Shown one piece after another: positions 34,056 to 48,161 of a DNA stretch of 64,000 nucleotides (the stretch's first letter is position 1; every line of letters begins with the position of its first letter). The stretch is from contig NC_043014.1 in the NCBI RefSeq assembly GCF_006345805.1, positions 54,994,001-55,058,000 of the forward strand, read 5' to 3'. The notes under the pieces are model-generated. The model was not told where the DNA came from. It worked only from the letters and a program-made list of their open reading frames with translations, and searched no databases. Made by a program: the position numbers and the translations under genes. The stretch is from Octopus sinensis. Its lineage: Eukaryota.

Positions 34056-37000
34056 TATTAATAATAATAATGATGAAATTATTGTGTATAGTGCTCAGGT
34101 GCACTACAACTGATCAAAGGTGCACATACACAGAATTATGTACCAACATTTAATCATCATAAAACAGACAGGTAGATAACAAGCAAACACTTTGACAGTA
34201 AATACGTTTAAATAGACTTCATTATAGTATAGATAACAAGCGCACACACGCACACAAATACATATTTCAGATTAGTAATTTCCCCCCAGCACAGATATGT
34301 CACCAACAGGTTCTTTTGTAATTACAATTCACACCTGATACAAACAACTTTCCTCTCCCCTGCTCTCCACATGACAGCGTTGATTCCGTTGTTCGTTTGT
34401 TTACTCTTGAGGAAAATGTCAACAAGGCAAACGACGGTCATTGTTTTGATAAAGGAAATAGCCGTTCTTCCTCCTCAGAGAATCCACGATTTAGCTTCTA
34501 GCTCCGTGTTTGTCGAGGTACTCCATGACCTGCTAAGTTTCTCTTTTATGTCAAACAATCCAAGTTGGAAAGACCCACCAGCATAACCACCACTGAACCT
34601 GGTTAATTGCTGCTGCAAAAAATCTGATCTGACTTTATGTTGTTTAAAAGAGACCCGCTTGTTTCAAAGGTTTACATTTTGCTGGCCCCGTCCCTGAGGT
34701 CTCCTGCTGTAACCCTTTCATCACCAGATTTCTATTGAAATCAACCATCATTTATACAAGTGATATTGAAAATAATGGAGTATTTTAGTAAAATGACCGT
34801 TAATGTTCAACCGGTGTGAGGCAGCAAGCTGACAGAATCGTTTAGAAGACAACGGGCAAACCATTTATTTATAGCCCTTAATGTTTAGAATTCAAATCCT
34901 GCCAGGGCTAACTTTGCCTTTCAATCCTTCGAGGGTCAATTAACCTTTTGATATCAAATCACCTGAGGCTGCCCCTGGTTCTGATATAAAAACTCCCTGC
35001 TTTCAAGAGAACCAAATTACAACCTTTCATCAAAATTTCCTGTTAATTTATGTTCTGTTTGTTCCTTCTCGAGCCATGCCTGGCTCATAAGGGCCGGTTT
35101 CCTTAGCGTATAGGTTCCCCACCTGGACAGGATGCCAGTCTGTCACAGGTGAGCTGCAAGATACAGGAGGAAAGAGTGAGAGAAAGTTGTGGTGAAAGAG
35201 TCAGCAGAAGTTCACCATTACCTTCTGCCAGAGCCGCGTGGAGCTTAGGTGTTTCGCTCATAAACACACACATCGCCCAGTCTGAGATTCGAACCTGCGA
35301 TTCCTCGACCACGAGTTCGCTGCTCTAACCACTAGGCCATGTGCCTCCACTAATTTATGTTCTAAAAGTCACTTAATAACGACAAAGTTATCTTACAAGA
35401 TTCTTCATTATTTTAAGAATTATTTGAAGAAGCAAAGGAAATGTATTTTGACATAAATATGGCAACAACAAAAAATGGTTTAATATAGAATCAGTCAACT
35501 ACTGAGGTTGATTTAGTTGACCAACTGAGTCCAAAGTTTAGGTCTTGTGCCTCTGTAACAAATGTGAATGCCAGACAATGTGGTGTGTGTGTGTGTGTGT
35601 ATTGAATATGTAGGTTGCTTCAAAGAACTCGATCAATTACTTCTGTAATACAAGGTCAAAGCCACAACTAACCAGCAGCTAGATGTCCTTCAAATCACAC
35701 AAAAATCTTTAAAATATCTTAAAAATATAAGGATTAATATAGCATTGGTCATGTGTGGAAGGACACATTAAATGATGCTGCAGTTTTATATGAATGAACT
35801 GTCCCCTCCAACCAAACTTATAACGCTAAACATAAAAGGTGGAATTTGTGGTCAGGGGTGACTTAGCTTAATGGTAGAGAGCCCTCAACCAGAATTTGAG
35901 AAGGACAGGCTTCGATTCTCTATAGTGGCTGGCTGTCCGGTTTTACCCCCAGTCTTCTAAGGGTACTTACCCCATCTTCTAAACTGTTTTCACAGAAATA
36001 TGGTAACGAAAGATTTAAATGTTCCCTGCAGTAAATATTTAACACAAACTGAACTTTGACCCTTTAAGCATTTACCCAGGTGATGTCCAGCCCAAAATAT
36101 TCTCTTTCTGTTTTGTTAAAAGTGACCAGATCAAGCCTCTCACACTTACCCTACAATGCCATTCTAAAAATATACGAACACAGCGCCGAAATCTTGAAAC
36201 TACAAGATAAAGCATGATTGACTCCGAACAATGTGAATAAATAATCATTACATTTTATAAAATAATCTAAACGTTAACGAGTTATGATATCCTGACAATC
36301 TTATTCACTTAACCACACGAAGATGAACAGTGGTCAGTGGCCAAAATGAGATAAAGTGGAGGATAAAAATATAGAAATAGAAGAAGAATCATCAGCCATT
36401 ACCTTTAATTCAGGGTTCCAAGCCTGTTGAGAGGAGGGCAGAAAGTGATTCTCTGATTAGGGACTTGTCTCAAATTCTTGGCAAGAGAGTGTAATTCTGC
36501 TAAAAAGCAGACATAGACCAAATGGTAATTTAAAACTGAGCAAGGAATTAAATAAATCCACTACTCAACAATGGAAACACTCCTTCCAAAAGGCTCCCAC
36601 ACAGTTTTTCAGTTTGTACTGAATTTCAGTGACTAAGATCTGGTTGTTGTGTGTCTGCAGGAGAAATAGTTTGTGAAAAGTGCCATCAAGCAGTGGGGAA
36701 GGACAAGGGTTAACCTTGGAATTACGTAAATGTGAAGTGAACTTGTTAACCACAAGGTTGAGAAAGAAAGAGAAGAATAACAGGAAAATGATTCTTAGAT
36801 GAGAAAATGTTATGAAACAAAGCAAAAAAACACAAAAAAACCGAGAAAGCAAAACAAAAGTCGACCCGGATATTATTGGCAGAGAAGTGGTTTACATAAT
36901 TATTTCAAATTGAATCTTCGTAAAAACAAAGATTTCAAGAGTCATGGGGGGAAGGAAATATTCATTGCAGAGTTTGAAGTAGTTTGTTTAGTTCAGGTAT

Positions 37001-38897
37001 ATCCTGCTGGTGGTGGTGGTGGTGGTGGTCGTGGAGTGCAGAGGTTATTGGTTGGTTGAACAGTTGAGAGACACGTGGGAGGGGGTGTCTGTGATTATTG
37101 GGGGCTGCATGAGTGGAAGAGGCAACAAGTTGCAGCAGAATGGGGAGAAAAAAAAATGGTCACTGCCCAGCTGGAGCAGTTATTCACGACTGGATGCTGG
37201 GAAATGTGGTTGTTTTAGTTAAAGGATTGCATTCATCCGACTTTGTGAGTCATCAATAAGGAACCAATGAGTCAAAGAAGGGATTTCTATACTGTAGTTG
37301 TTAGAAATGGCAGCTAATATCCTCCTGATTACACCTTATTATCTTCAAAACAAAGTATTTTAAATTATATAAACAGATGAGGTGGTCATGCATGGAACAC
37401 AGATCAGATATTTGGTCAATTAGGTTTGATCTGAGACTAAATGACAACAACAACAACAACAACAACAACACCACCAACAGAGCTAATGAAGTGTCACTGT
37501 TTAATCCCCCAACCTGAAATAAAATAGCAGCTAAATCTCCCTCTAATCACATTTTACCATACAGAAAGTAGATATAGATATACAAAAAAAAGGTTTGATG
37601 GTCAAAGCCGAAAATCCTTTGGTTAAAGGTCTGTGCAACCAAACATTGGCCTGGAGGTAATACAACATTAAAATGCAAAAAGGTGGAAAAATTGCTGAAG
37701 CTTATACATTTATACTTGAAGTTTCATTTCTTTACTTTCTCATTTCCAGATCATTTAGTTTATTATTGTTGTTGTTGTTGTATGTTAGAACTCGTGGAGT
37801 CTTGCATGCATAGCAGGTTTGCTACCAGCAGACTACGGTACTATGCTATCTGTTCTTTTCAACTATATACTGATCGTTACCGCGTCGCCTTACTAGCACT
37901 TGTGCTGGTGGCACGTGAAACATTCGAGCGAGGTCGTCACCAGTACTGCTGGACTGGCTCCTGTGCAGGTGGCACATAAAAAGCACCATTTGGGCATGGC
38001 CATTGCCAGTACAACCAAACTGGCCCTCGTGCCGGTGGCACGTAAAAGCACCCACTACACTCTCGGAGTGGTTGGCGTTAGGAAAGGCATCGTCTGTAGA
38101 AACTCTGCCAGATCAGATTGGAGCCTGGTTTGCCAGACCTCAGTCAAACCCCTCCAACCCATGCTAGCATGGAAAGCAGACGCTAAACGATGATGATGAT
38201 GATGATGATGATGAATAATTCTCCTGCAGATTCTGGTCGTGCCAAGGAGGCAAACTTTTCTAACAGTTCTACTGAACACTCTATTCCAATTTCCTTTATA
38301 TCCCCACCACCAATACCACCACCTTGATGCCTTCTGCTACAGTGTGTGTGTGTCAAGTGACATAGAATCCGTGAATTCACGGAAACACGATCTTAATAAA
38401 AAGTTCAAGTACGATGACGTAAATATGACAAGTGCTGATTAACAGTGGAGGACACACAACAACAACAACAACAACAACAGCAACAATTATACGCTCCACA
38501 TGCGATGCTTGAGTGCCAGACAGTGCTTAACGATTTCCATGATTATCTAAAAATGCTTTCATAGTCTTTCTCATGCGCGAAGACAGGTGAGATATCTGCA
38601 ATCAGACTTTTAGCTTTAATTTTAAGCTTCCAGGTCAGGTTTCTTACCCACTTCCATTCACCTGACACCAAGTAAGAACATGTCTTTCTCAAGGGAAATG
38701 GGAGCGACTGTCATGCTTGGCTTGTCATTAGCTTAAACTTCATTTCAGTATCAAATGTCTTGGCAATCTAATGAGTCAGCCATAGATTCAGGGAGTTGGA
38801 AGTTCAAAAAATTCCACTGAACCAGTGAAGGTTTCAAAGCTTCAAGCCTCACCTTCTTTGTATGGATGACACAACAATTAACTCTCTTATCTCTTGT

Positions 38898-39755
38898 TTA
38901 ACCCTTTCGATACCAACCTGGCTGAAACCAGCTTAGGCTTTGAGTACAAATGTCTTGTTTTCATAAGTTTTGAATTAAAATCTTCTACCAAACCTTTGTC
39001 ACAATTTACATTCCTAACACCAGCTTAATGATAACCAAGTTATTTTACTAAATTCTTTGTTATATTTGAAGTAATTGTAAGGAACACAGAGCATCTCAAC
39101 AGAAATATGGTAACAAAAGGGTTAAGGACAGTCAAATGTGTCTTCAATTTGCACAAGATTTGACTGCTATTTTTAACAAGTCAAACAACTATGTGAAACA
39201 AAATCTGCAAATTAACCCTTTGGATACCAACCTGGTTGAAACCACCTCTGGCTCTGTAGTACAAATGTCCTGTTTCCATAAGTTTTGAATTAAAATCTTC
39301 CACCAAACCTTAGTCCCAATTTATGTTCCTAACACTAACTTAATGATAACTAAGTTATTTTACTAAATTCTTTGTTATATTTGAAGTAATTGAAAGAAAC
39401 ACAGAGCATCTCAACAGAAATATGGTAACAAAAGGGTTAAAGACAGTCAAATGTGTCTTCAATTTGCACAAGATTTGGCTGCTATTTTTAACAAGTCAAA
39501 CAACTATGTGAAACAAAATCTGCAAATTAACCCTTTGGATACCAACCTGGTTGAAACCACCTCTGGCTCTGTAATACAAATGTCTTGTTTTCAAAAGTTC
39601 TGAATTAAAATCTTCCACCAAACCTTAGTCACAATTTACATTCCTAACACTAGCTGAATGATAACAAAGTTATTTTACTAAATTCTTTGTTATATTTAAA
39701 GTAATTGAAAGAAACACAGAGCATCTCAACAGAAATACGGCAACGAAAGGGTTAA
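38898..39755 (+). mobile_element. Tandem array of three ~228-bp TTAA-flanked (piggyBac-type) MITEs separated by an 86-bp spacer
   Basis: Copies at 38898-39125, 39212-39440 and 39527-39755. Termini TTAA-CCCTTT(C/G)GATACCA ... TGG(T/C)AAC(A/G)AAAGGG-TTAA; period 314-315. Confidence 0.85.
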
Positions 39756-40128
39756 GATGTGGCCAAATAAAGTGAGAATCTTGAGGTTTTGGGTTGTACA
39801 AACAGTTGGCAATAACAATGTTGTTTGTTTCTGCCCTTGCAAACATTTATGAAAGTTTGAGTAATCACAGAAGGCATCACCTGAATATAATCCATAGCAT
39901 GTGTTGATCATTAGCAACACATGTGCACACACACACACACAGGTGCAGTTGTGGCTGTGTGGTAAGAATAGCTCGATTCCCAACCACATGGCTTTGGGTT
40001 CAGTCCTACTGTGTGACATTTGGGTTAGTGTCTTCTACTATGGACTTGGGCTGACCAAAGCCTTTTAAATGGAGTGGTAGACAGAAACTGAAAGAAGGCC
40101 GTCATATATATATATACACACACACATA

Positions 40129-40650
40129 CAGGGGTTGGACAAAATAATGGAAACCCCATAAAATTTCAAACAAATCTATTTTAATATGGAGTAGGACTGC
40201 CTTTGGCAGTAATTACAGTTTGAATTCTACGAGGTATGGACTCGTACAAAGTTTGAATTGTTTCCAAAGGAATGTTTTGTCCATTCTTCAGCTAAAACAG
40301 TCTCCAGTTCTTGTAGTGATGACGGTGGACGATATGGACTCCTTACTTGTTTTTCTAGAATGCACCATAAATGTTCAGTAATATTGAGATCTGGGGACTG
40401 TGCTGGCCAGATAAGATGTTCAACTTCACTAGAATGTTCCTCATGCCATTCAATAACAACTTTAGCTGTGTGAATTGGTGCATTCTCATCCTGAAAGATT
40501 GCAATTCCCTCCAGAAACAGTTCCGCAACCATAGGATGAATTTGATCAGATAAAATGCTTAGTCTTGACTATTAATTCTGCCATGAAGGGAAACCATTGG
40601 GCTGGCGGAATTTCCAAGATACAGCCTCCCCAGATCATCACAGAGATGAT
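40129..40650 (-). mobile_element. Tc1-family transposon remnant (DDE C-terminus plus right TIR)
   Basis: FQDENAPIHT...WPAQSPDLNITEHLW are Tc1 DDE motifs. TA-CAGGGGTTGGACAAAATAATGGAAAC terminal repeat at 40127-40157. Confidence 0.9.
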
Positions 40651-40997
40651 TGGTGGTTTGCTATGTTTGAGGAAACCTGGCCACCACTGCAGAAATGATA
40701 TCCTAAAGCCACTTTCTATTTGGATACTACTACAACTACTACTATGACATCATTGTTCTCATTGTCATTGCCACTAGCAACGGTGCCGCTGTCACCACCA
40801 CCACTACCACCACTACTACTACAACTACTCCCCCCCCTGGTAGCTGTTTACGTTCTGAATTGAAATCCTGCTGAGGTCAACTTTGCCTTTCATACTTTTA
40901 GGGTTAAGAAAACATAGTACCAGTCATATACTGAGGTCCGTGCAACTGATTTACCCTCTTTCCTCAAAACTGCTGTCCTTGCACCAAAACTTGAAAG

Positions 40998-41028
<31 letters not shown>

Positions 41029-42139
41029 ACTACTACTACTACTACTGCTGCTGCTACTACTACTACTACTGCTGCTGCTACTACTACTACTACTACTGCT
41101 GCTGCTAACCATTTTAATTCCAAGCCGCTTGATTCTACGAAACAAACTTCCTGTTTCAAAGTGATCCAAATCAAAGTTATGTATTAATCAGGTCCAGAAA
41201 CCAGCTCAACCCCTTCAGCATTTAAACTGACCACATCTGGCCCAAATATTCTACCTGTTTTATGTTCAAACTGGTCAGATCCGGCCTCTCACACCTATCC
41301 TACAATGCCCTTCTAAAAATAAACATTAACATCATTAACCCTTTTGTTACCATATTTCTGTTGAGATGCTCTCTGTTTCTTTCGATTAATTTTAAATATA
41401 ACAAAGAATTTAGTAAAATAACTTAGTTATCATTCAGCTAGTGTTAGGAACATAAATTGTGACTAAGGTTTGGTGGAAGATTTTAATTCAAAATTTATGA
41501 AAACAAGACATTTGTATTACAGAGCCAGAGGCAGTTTCAGCCAGGTTGGTAACGAAAGGGCTAAAATCACAAAGCTATGAAATGGTCCATGATTGATTAA
41601 AAACAATGTCAATAAATATGCATTACATTTGACAGAGCAATTTGAATATTAATTTGAATCCGGGTTGCGGATCTGTGGAATAAGCTGCCGGACGAGATGG
41701 TGAAGATGCCGACGACCGCTTGGTTCAAAGTCTCCCTTGACCACAAGCGGCCTGAACTCTTTACATGAACACCACCCTGTACATAACTCCATGTTCCCCT
41801 ACATGGCCTTGCTTTTCGCTTTTTGAGCCAAAAACTAACTAACTAACTAAACGCTTAAAACTGCATTAATTTGTTCCAAAAAAAAAAAACAAAAAAAAAA
41901 TTAATAATAACAAAGTGTTTTTACTAAATTTTCATTATTTTAACCATTAATTGAAATGAAGGCAGTGGGTTTCAACAGGATTATGGCAACACGAAGGATA
42001 ATCCTATATTTATTAGGTTTCCTTTTTTTTTTTCAGTTCCAGCACATCTTCTGCTCAGACACACCATTGTTTCTGAACTAGTTCTTCACACATTCTTAAC
42101 TATTTTAAGCCCATTCCTAATTGCTCTGCTGCTACTGCT

Positions 42140-42177
<38 letters not shown>

Positions 42178-42391
42178 TCTTGCGTTACCTCTGCACCCAA
42201 CTGCAACAAAATGCCAACCACAAACACTTGCAGCAGCAGCAGCTGCACCCCTACCCTACAAACACACCGAATAATAGACATTGAAACTATGATGATGATG
42301 ATGATGGTGGTGACGATAAAGATACATTCAAGACACACACATTTATATATATATATGTATGTATATATGTGTGTTTTTATATATATATATA

Positions 42392-42478
<87 letters not shown>

Positions 42479-42584
42479 ATATATATATATATATATAAAT
42501 TTATATAAATAAGGATGCTGCTATTTTCAGCATGGTGGTATCTCGTAGATACCCTAATTTATAATTTTATATATGTATATATAT

Positions 42585-42630
<46 letters not shown>

Positions 42631-43231
42631 TACCTATGTGCATTAATGCGAATATGCATATGTATATATATATAATATATATATATATATGCATATATGC
42701 ACAAATGCATATGCACACACATACCTGCATAAACCCTGGCATGCATATACATACATGTGTATATACAATCAACACACGCACGCACACAACCTAATTGTCA
42801 AGTTGTTATTCACCGACGGAAGTAAGAGATCTTATGATGAAGAAAAAAAAAAAATTAAAATGTAAAAAATAAAATCAAAATGAAAAATATAAAATATATA
42901 AAAAAGAAAAAAAAAAGAAAGAGACACCGTGAATCTGTAGTTTGTAACCAGTTCTTAGCTTGGTTGACCTACTTCTTCCATGAAATTACAAACATACTGT
43001 TAATATTAAGTGTTGGGTTACAACTGGAAAAATTTAGTTGAGCAGATAAATAAAACATAAACAAATAAATTTGTGAGTGGCTGTGTGGTAAGTAGCTTGC
43101 TTACCAACCACATGGTTCTGGGTTCAGTCCCACTGCGTGGCACCTTGGGCAAGTGTCTTCTACTATAGCCCCGGGCCAACCAAAGACTTGTGAGTGGATT
43201 TGGTAGACGGAAACTGAAAGAAGCCCATCGT

Positions 43232-43274
<43 letters not shown>

Positions 43275-43859
43275 TATATATAAAACGCAGGAGTGGCTGT
43301 GTGGTAAGTAGCTTGTTACCAACCACATGGTTCCGGGTTCAGTCCCAATGCGTGGCATCTTGGGCAAGTGTCTTCTACTATAGCCTCGGGTCAACCAAAG
43401 CCTTGTGAGTGGATTTGGTAGACGGAAACTGAAAGAAGCCAGTCGTATATATGTATGTATATATATATAAATATATATATATGTGTGTGTGTGTCTGTGT
43501 GTCTGTGTTTGTCCCCCTATCATTGCTTGACAACCGATGCTGGTGTGTTTATGTCCCCGTCACTTAGCGGTTCGGCAAAAGATACCGATAGAATAAGTAC
43601 TGGGCTTACAAAGAATAAGTCCCGGGGTTGAGATGCTCGATTAAAAGGCGGTGCTCCAGCATGGCCGCAGTCAAATGACTGAAACCAGTAAAAGAGTAAA
43701 AGAGTATGCACATCAGAATTTTGTTTTGTTGTTTAACCCCAGGTCGGGCTTGACGAAGCGGGTCTTTAAGCGGGTCTTCTCCGTTTTTAAGACTACAATA
43801 ATATATAAGAGGATAGGGTATGCTTTGAGGGGGAGGTTAGCTTCTATTTTTAGTAGATC

Positions 43860-45180
43860 CAATGACCATGCAGAAGGTCATATATATATAAGGGCCTTAG
43901 GGTGAACCTTGCAAAAAAACAAATCTTAGTCAGTAGGAAGACAGACAAATCCCAAATCCCTTCAGGTAGATGGCCCTGCTCGATCTGTAGAAAAGATGCA
44001 GGTAAAAACTCCATAAGATACACCTGGTGTAATTTTTGGATGCGTAAAAGGTGCAGCAATACCAGAGGAAGGTTAAGAGGGAAAATAGCTTTTGTGTGTG
44101 GAAGATGCACAGGTGCAATAAACAGAGTAAATAGACTCCATCAACTGCCAGGTGAGTAAGCTAGAGGTAGAAGACAGCTTCTTCTGTTATCTAGGTGACC
44201 AAATTAGTAGCGGAGGTGGATGATCTGAGAGCATAGCTGTCAGAATAAGAATAGGCTGGGCAAAGTTCAGAGAGCTCCTACCCCTGCTGGCAACAAAGGG
44301 TCTCTCTCTCAGAGTGAAAAGCAGATTGTTTGATGCCTGTGTGCGAACAGCTATACTACATGGCAGTGAAACATGAGCTGTAACAGCCGAGGACATGCGT
44401 AAGGTTTGAAAGAAATGAAGCCAGTATGCTTTGCTGGATGTGCAATGTCAGTGTGCATGATCGACAGTGTGTAAAACATCATCATAGAAAAGTTGGGCAT
44501 TAGAGGCTTCAGATGTGATGTGCAAGAAAGACAACTGCACCAGTATGGTCATGTGATGCATATGGATGAGGACAGCTGTGTGGAGAAGTGTCACACTCAA
44601 ATGGTGGAGGGAACCTGTGGAAGAGGTAGACCCAGGAAGACATGGGAAAAAGTGGTGAAGCATGATCGTTGAACTTTGTGCCTCACAGAGGCAATGACTT
44701 GTGACTGAGACATTTGGAGATATGTCATGCATGAAAAGACCCCTCAAGCCAAGTGAAATCGTAGTCATGGCCGATGATGGAGTGATGTAACAGGCACCTG
44801 TGCCAGTGGCATATAAAAAGCATCTTTTGAGTATTGGGCCTCTTGGAGGCAAAGTAGCTGAGCTCCTTTCGAGTGTTGGGCCTCACAGAGGCAATGACCA
44901 AGACCTTTGGCATTATGTTGTGCCTGAGAAGGAGAACCATCAACGCAAGTAAAATTGCAGTTGTAGCAAATACCAGTGTCACGCAAATGGCACTTGTGTC
45001 AGTGGGACGTAAATGCACCCATTAAACTCTGAGAATGGTTGGCATTAGGAAGGGCACCCAGCTGTAGAAACCATGCCAAATCAGACTGGAGTCTGGTGCA
45101 GTCTTCCAGCCTTGCCAGCCCTGGCCAAACTGTGCAACTCATGCCAGCATGGACAATGGATGCTAAATGATGATGATACA
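43860..45180 (+). mobile_element. RTE-clade LINE 3' portion, degraded
   Basis: YLGDQISSGGG..AVRIRIGWAKFRELLPLL..LSLRVKSRLFDACVRTAILHGSET..GRGRPRKTW, with stops and frameshifts. 3' UTR ends in (gat)n, the same tail as the short repeats elsewhere in the window. Confidence 0.9.
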
Positions 45181-46207
45181 CACGATGGGCTTCTTTCAGT
45201 TTCCGTCAACCAAATTCACTGACAAGGCTTTGGACAGCCCAAGGTTATGGTAGAAGACACTTACCCAAGGTGCCACACAGAGGGATAGAAACTGGAACAG
45301 TGTGGTTGGGAAGCAAACTTCTTGCCACACAACCAAAAAGCCCGAAAAAGGACCACGAGGTATGTCATGGGTAGCATTGGGGAATTTCAGGGAGCATAGA
45401 ATTTATGTTGGCGTGTGTGTACATTTGTCCTTTGCCACCTGACAACCGGTGTTGGTTTGTTTATGTTCCCATAACTTAACAGTTTGGAAAAAAGAAGCTG
45501 GGAGAATAAAGAATAAATCCCTTATGATAATATAATGAGCACTGGGCACGATTTGATCAACTAAAGGTAGTGCTCCGGTATGGCCACAATCCAATGACTG
45601 AAGCAAGTAGAAGAATACCAGAATCAGCAGAAATGAGAAAATTAAATCCATTCGTTATCGTGGATATTAAATTACATCCCTGAGGAGGAATAAAATATCA
45701 AGAATTTCGAAATGGTTCTGGTTTCGGTGCTTGCTGCGAGAGAAGAAGCATATTGGGGCTGCCGACACAGCAGGGGATGAAGCCTGGATCACGAAACAGC
45801 AGATGTTTGAGTGACAGGGTTCTAAAATAAACAAATAAGTAGATAAATGAGCTAAGGGAGGTAACTCAAATGGACATAGGCATGAATTTGGATAAGTTGG
45901 AAGAATTATGTACTGAACGCTGTATGCAAAAGAAGAATAATGCTGCTGCCCCTACTTGGAGGAGGAGGATGAGGAGGAGGAGAAGAAGAGGAAGAGGAAG
46001 AGATTTTTCTTTCTTTTACTTGTTTCAGTCATTTGACTGTGGCCAGGCTGGAGCACCGCCTTTAATCGAGCAACTCGACTCCGGGACTTATTCTTTTGTA
46101 AGCCCAGAACTTATTTTATTGGTCTCTTTTGCCGAACTGCTAGGTAACAGGGACATAAACACACCAGCATTGGTTGTCAAGCAATGCTAGGGGGACAAAC
46201 ACACACA

Positions 46208-46254
<47 letters not shown>

Positions 46255-46773
46255 TATATACACATATATACGACAGGCTTCTTTCAGTTTTCATCTACCA
46301 AATCCACTCACAAGGCTTTGGTCGGCCTGAGGCTATAGTAGAAGACACTTGTCCAAGGTGCCACGCAGTGGGACTGAACCCAGAACCATATGGTTGGTAA
46401 ACAAGCTACTTACCACACAGCCACTCGAGAAATTTATATTTATAGAGGGAATATGATAGGGGTCTGCCAGCAAGATGCTTGAGGGTCACAGCTAAGAAAT
46501 ACTGATCAAGAGTGACATAATCCCAAATCTTTTGACACCAACTCACCTGATTGTCCCGAGTTCTATTATCAGAAAACCTTCTGTCTTACAAGAAATTTTC
46601 TTCATAGTTTATATTAGAAGCTTTTGCTAATCTATGTTTGAAGCACCAGGCAAACCTTTTTATTACAGACCCAACTGAGACGGATCCTAGCCCTAACGAT
46701 ACAAATTCCCTCTTATAATTGCAACTCAATTTAAACTTTCTGTTCAACAGCAAGACACCTATATTTGTCCCCT

Positions 46774-47595
46774 TTAACCCTTTTGTTACTGTATTTATTT
46801 TGGAATGCTCTGTGTTTCTTTCAATTACTTTAAATATAACAAAGAATTTAGTAAAAAAACTTAATTATCATTAAGCTAGTGTTAGGAACATGAATTGTGA
46901 CTAAGGTTTGGTGGAAGATTTTAATTCAGAACTTATGAAAAGAAGACATTTGTACTAAAGAGCCAGAGCCAGTTTCAGCCAGGCTGGTATCAAAAGGGTT
47001 AATTTACAGATTTTGTTTCACATAGTTGTTTGACTTGTTAGAAATAGCAGCCAAATCTTGTGCAAATTGAAGACACATTTGACTGACTGTCTTTAACCCT
47101 TTTGTTACCGTATTTCTGTTGAGATGCTCTGTGTTTCATTCAATTACTTTAAATATAACAAAGAATTTAGTAAAATAACTTGGTTATCATTAAGCTAGTG
47201 TTAGGAACATGAATTGTGACTAAGGTTTGGGGGAAGATTTTAATTCAGAACTTATGAAAACAAGACATTTGTACTAAAGAGCCAGAGCCAGTTTCAGCCA
47301 GGCTGGTATCAAAAGGGTTAATTTACAGATTTTGTTTCACATAGTTGTTTGACTTGTTAGAAATAGCAGCCAAATCTTGTGCAAATTGAAGACACATTTG
47401 ACTGACTGTCTTTAACCCTTTTGTTACCGTATTTCTGTTGAGATGCTCTGTGTTTCATTCAATTACTTTAAATATAACAAAGAATTTAGTAAAATAACTT
47501 GGTTATCATTAAGCTAGTGTTAGGAACATGAATTGTGACTAAGGTTTGGGGGAAGATTTTAATTCAGAACTTATGAAAACCAAACATTTGTACTT
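46774..47595 (-). mobile_element. Inverted tandem array of the same MITE+spacer unit (third copy truncated)
   Basis: Copies start at TTAA 46774, 47093 and 47412 (period 319). The spacer at 47003-47092 is the reverse complement of the 39126-39211 spacer plus a 4-bp duplication and a few substitutions. Confidence 0.85.
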
Positions 47596-48130
47596 AGGTT
47601 GAATTTAAGCTGCCTTTTTTTTCAATTTATTTCTAAAGTAATAAAGAATTTGGTAAAATAACTTTGGCATTATTAAGTGAATGTCTGGAACACAGACTAA
47701 CATGGAATTTTTACGGAAGGTTCTAAGATAGTTCGGTGTTAAACAGGAAGATGGTTTCATGCAACCAGGAGTGGTTTCAGATGGTTTGCTATCAAAAGGG
47801 TTCAGACAACAGGGTCAGAGGTCAAAGGAACTGGAGATAATTTGGAAGCTATTTTTATCAAGTTGAGCAATCATACAGAAACTTCCTTGACGGCTTCTCA
47901 ACAAACAAATACACACACACACATATATATAGTTTCGTTTTAGTCATTTGGCTGTGGCCATGCTGGAGCATCGCTTTTAGTCGAACAAATCACCCCCAGA
48001 ACTTATTCTGTGTAAGCCTAGTACTTATTCTATCATTCTCTGTTGCCGAACTGCTAAGTTACACGTACCAACATCGGTTGTCAAGCAATGGTGGTAGGGA
48101 CAAACAGACACACACACACACATATCATAA

Positions 48131-48161
<31 letters not shown>

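Noticed and set aside
34300-34620. Coding-like unique sequence
   Set aside because: All six frames stop early and no family could be recognised.
36403-36423. 21-nt minus-strand microexon (AWNPELK) with plausible splice signals
   Set aside because: It lies upstream of the start codon, which is preceded by an in-frame stop; it has no independent support and could be chance or UTR.
45677-45720. CTGAGGA-ggaat...atttc-GAAA motif
   Set aside because: Stem II is plausible but stem I and stem III do not pair; at best a decayed remnant.
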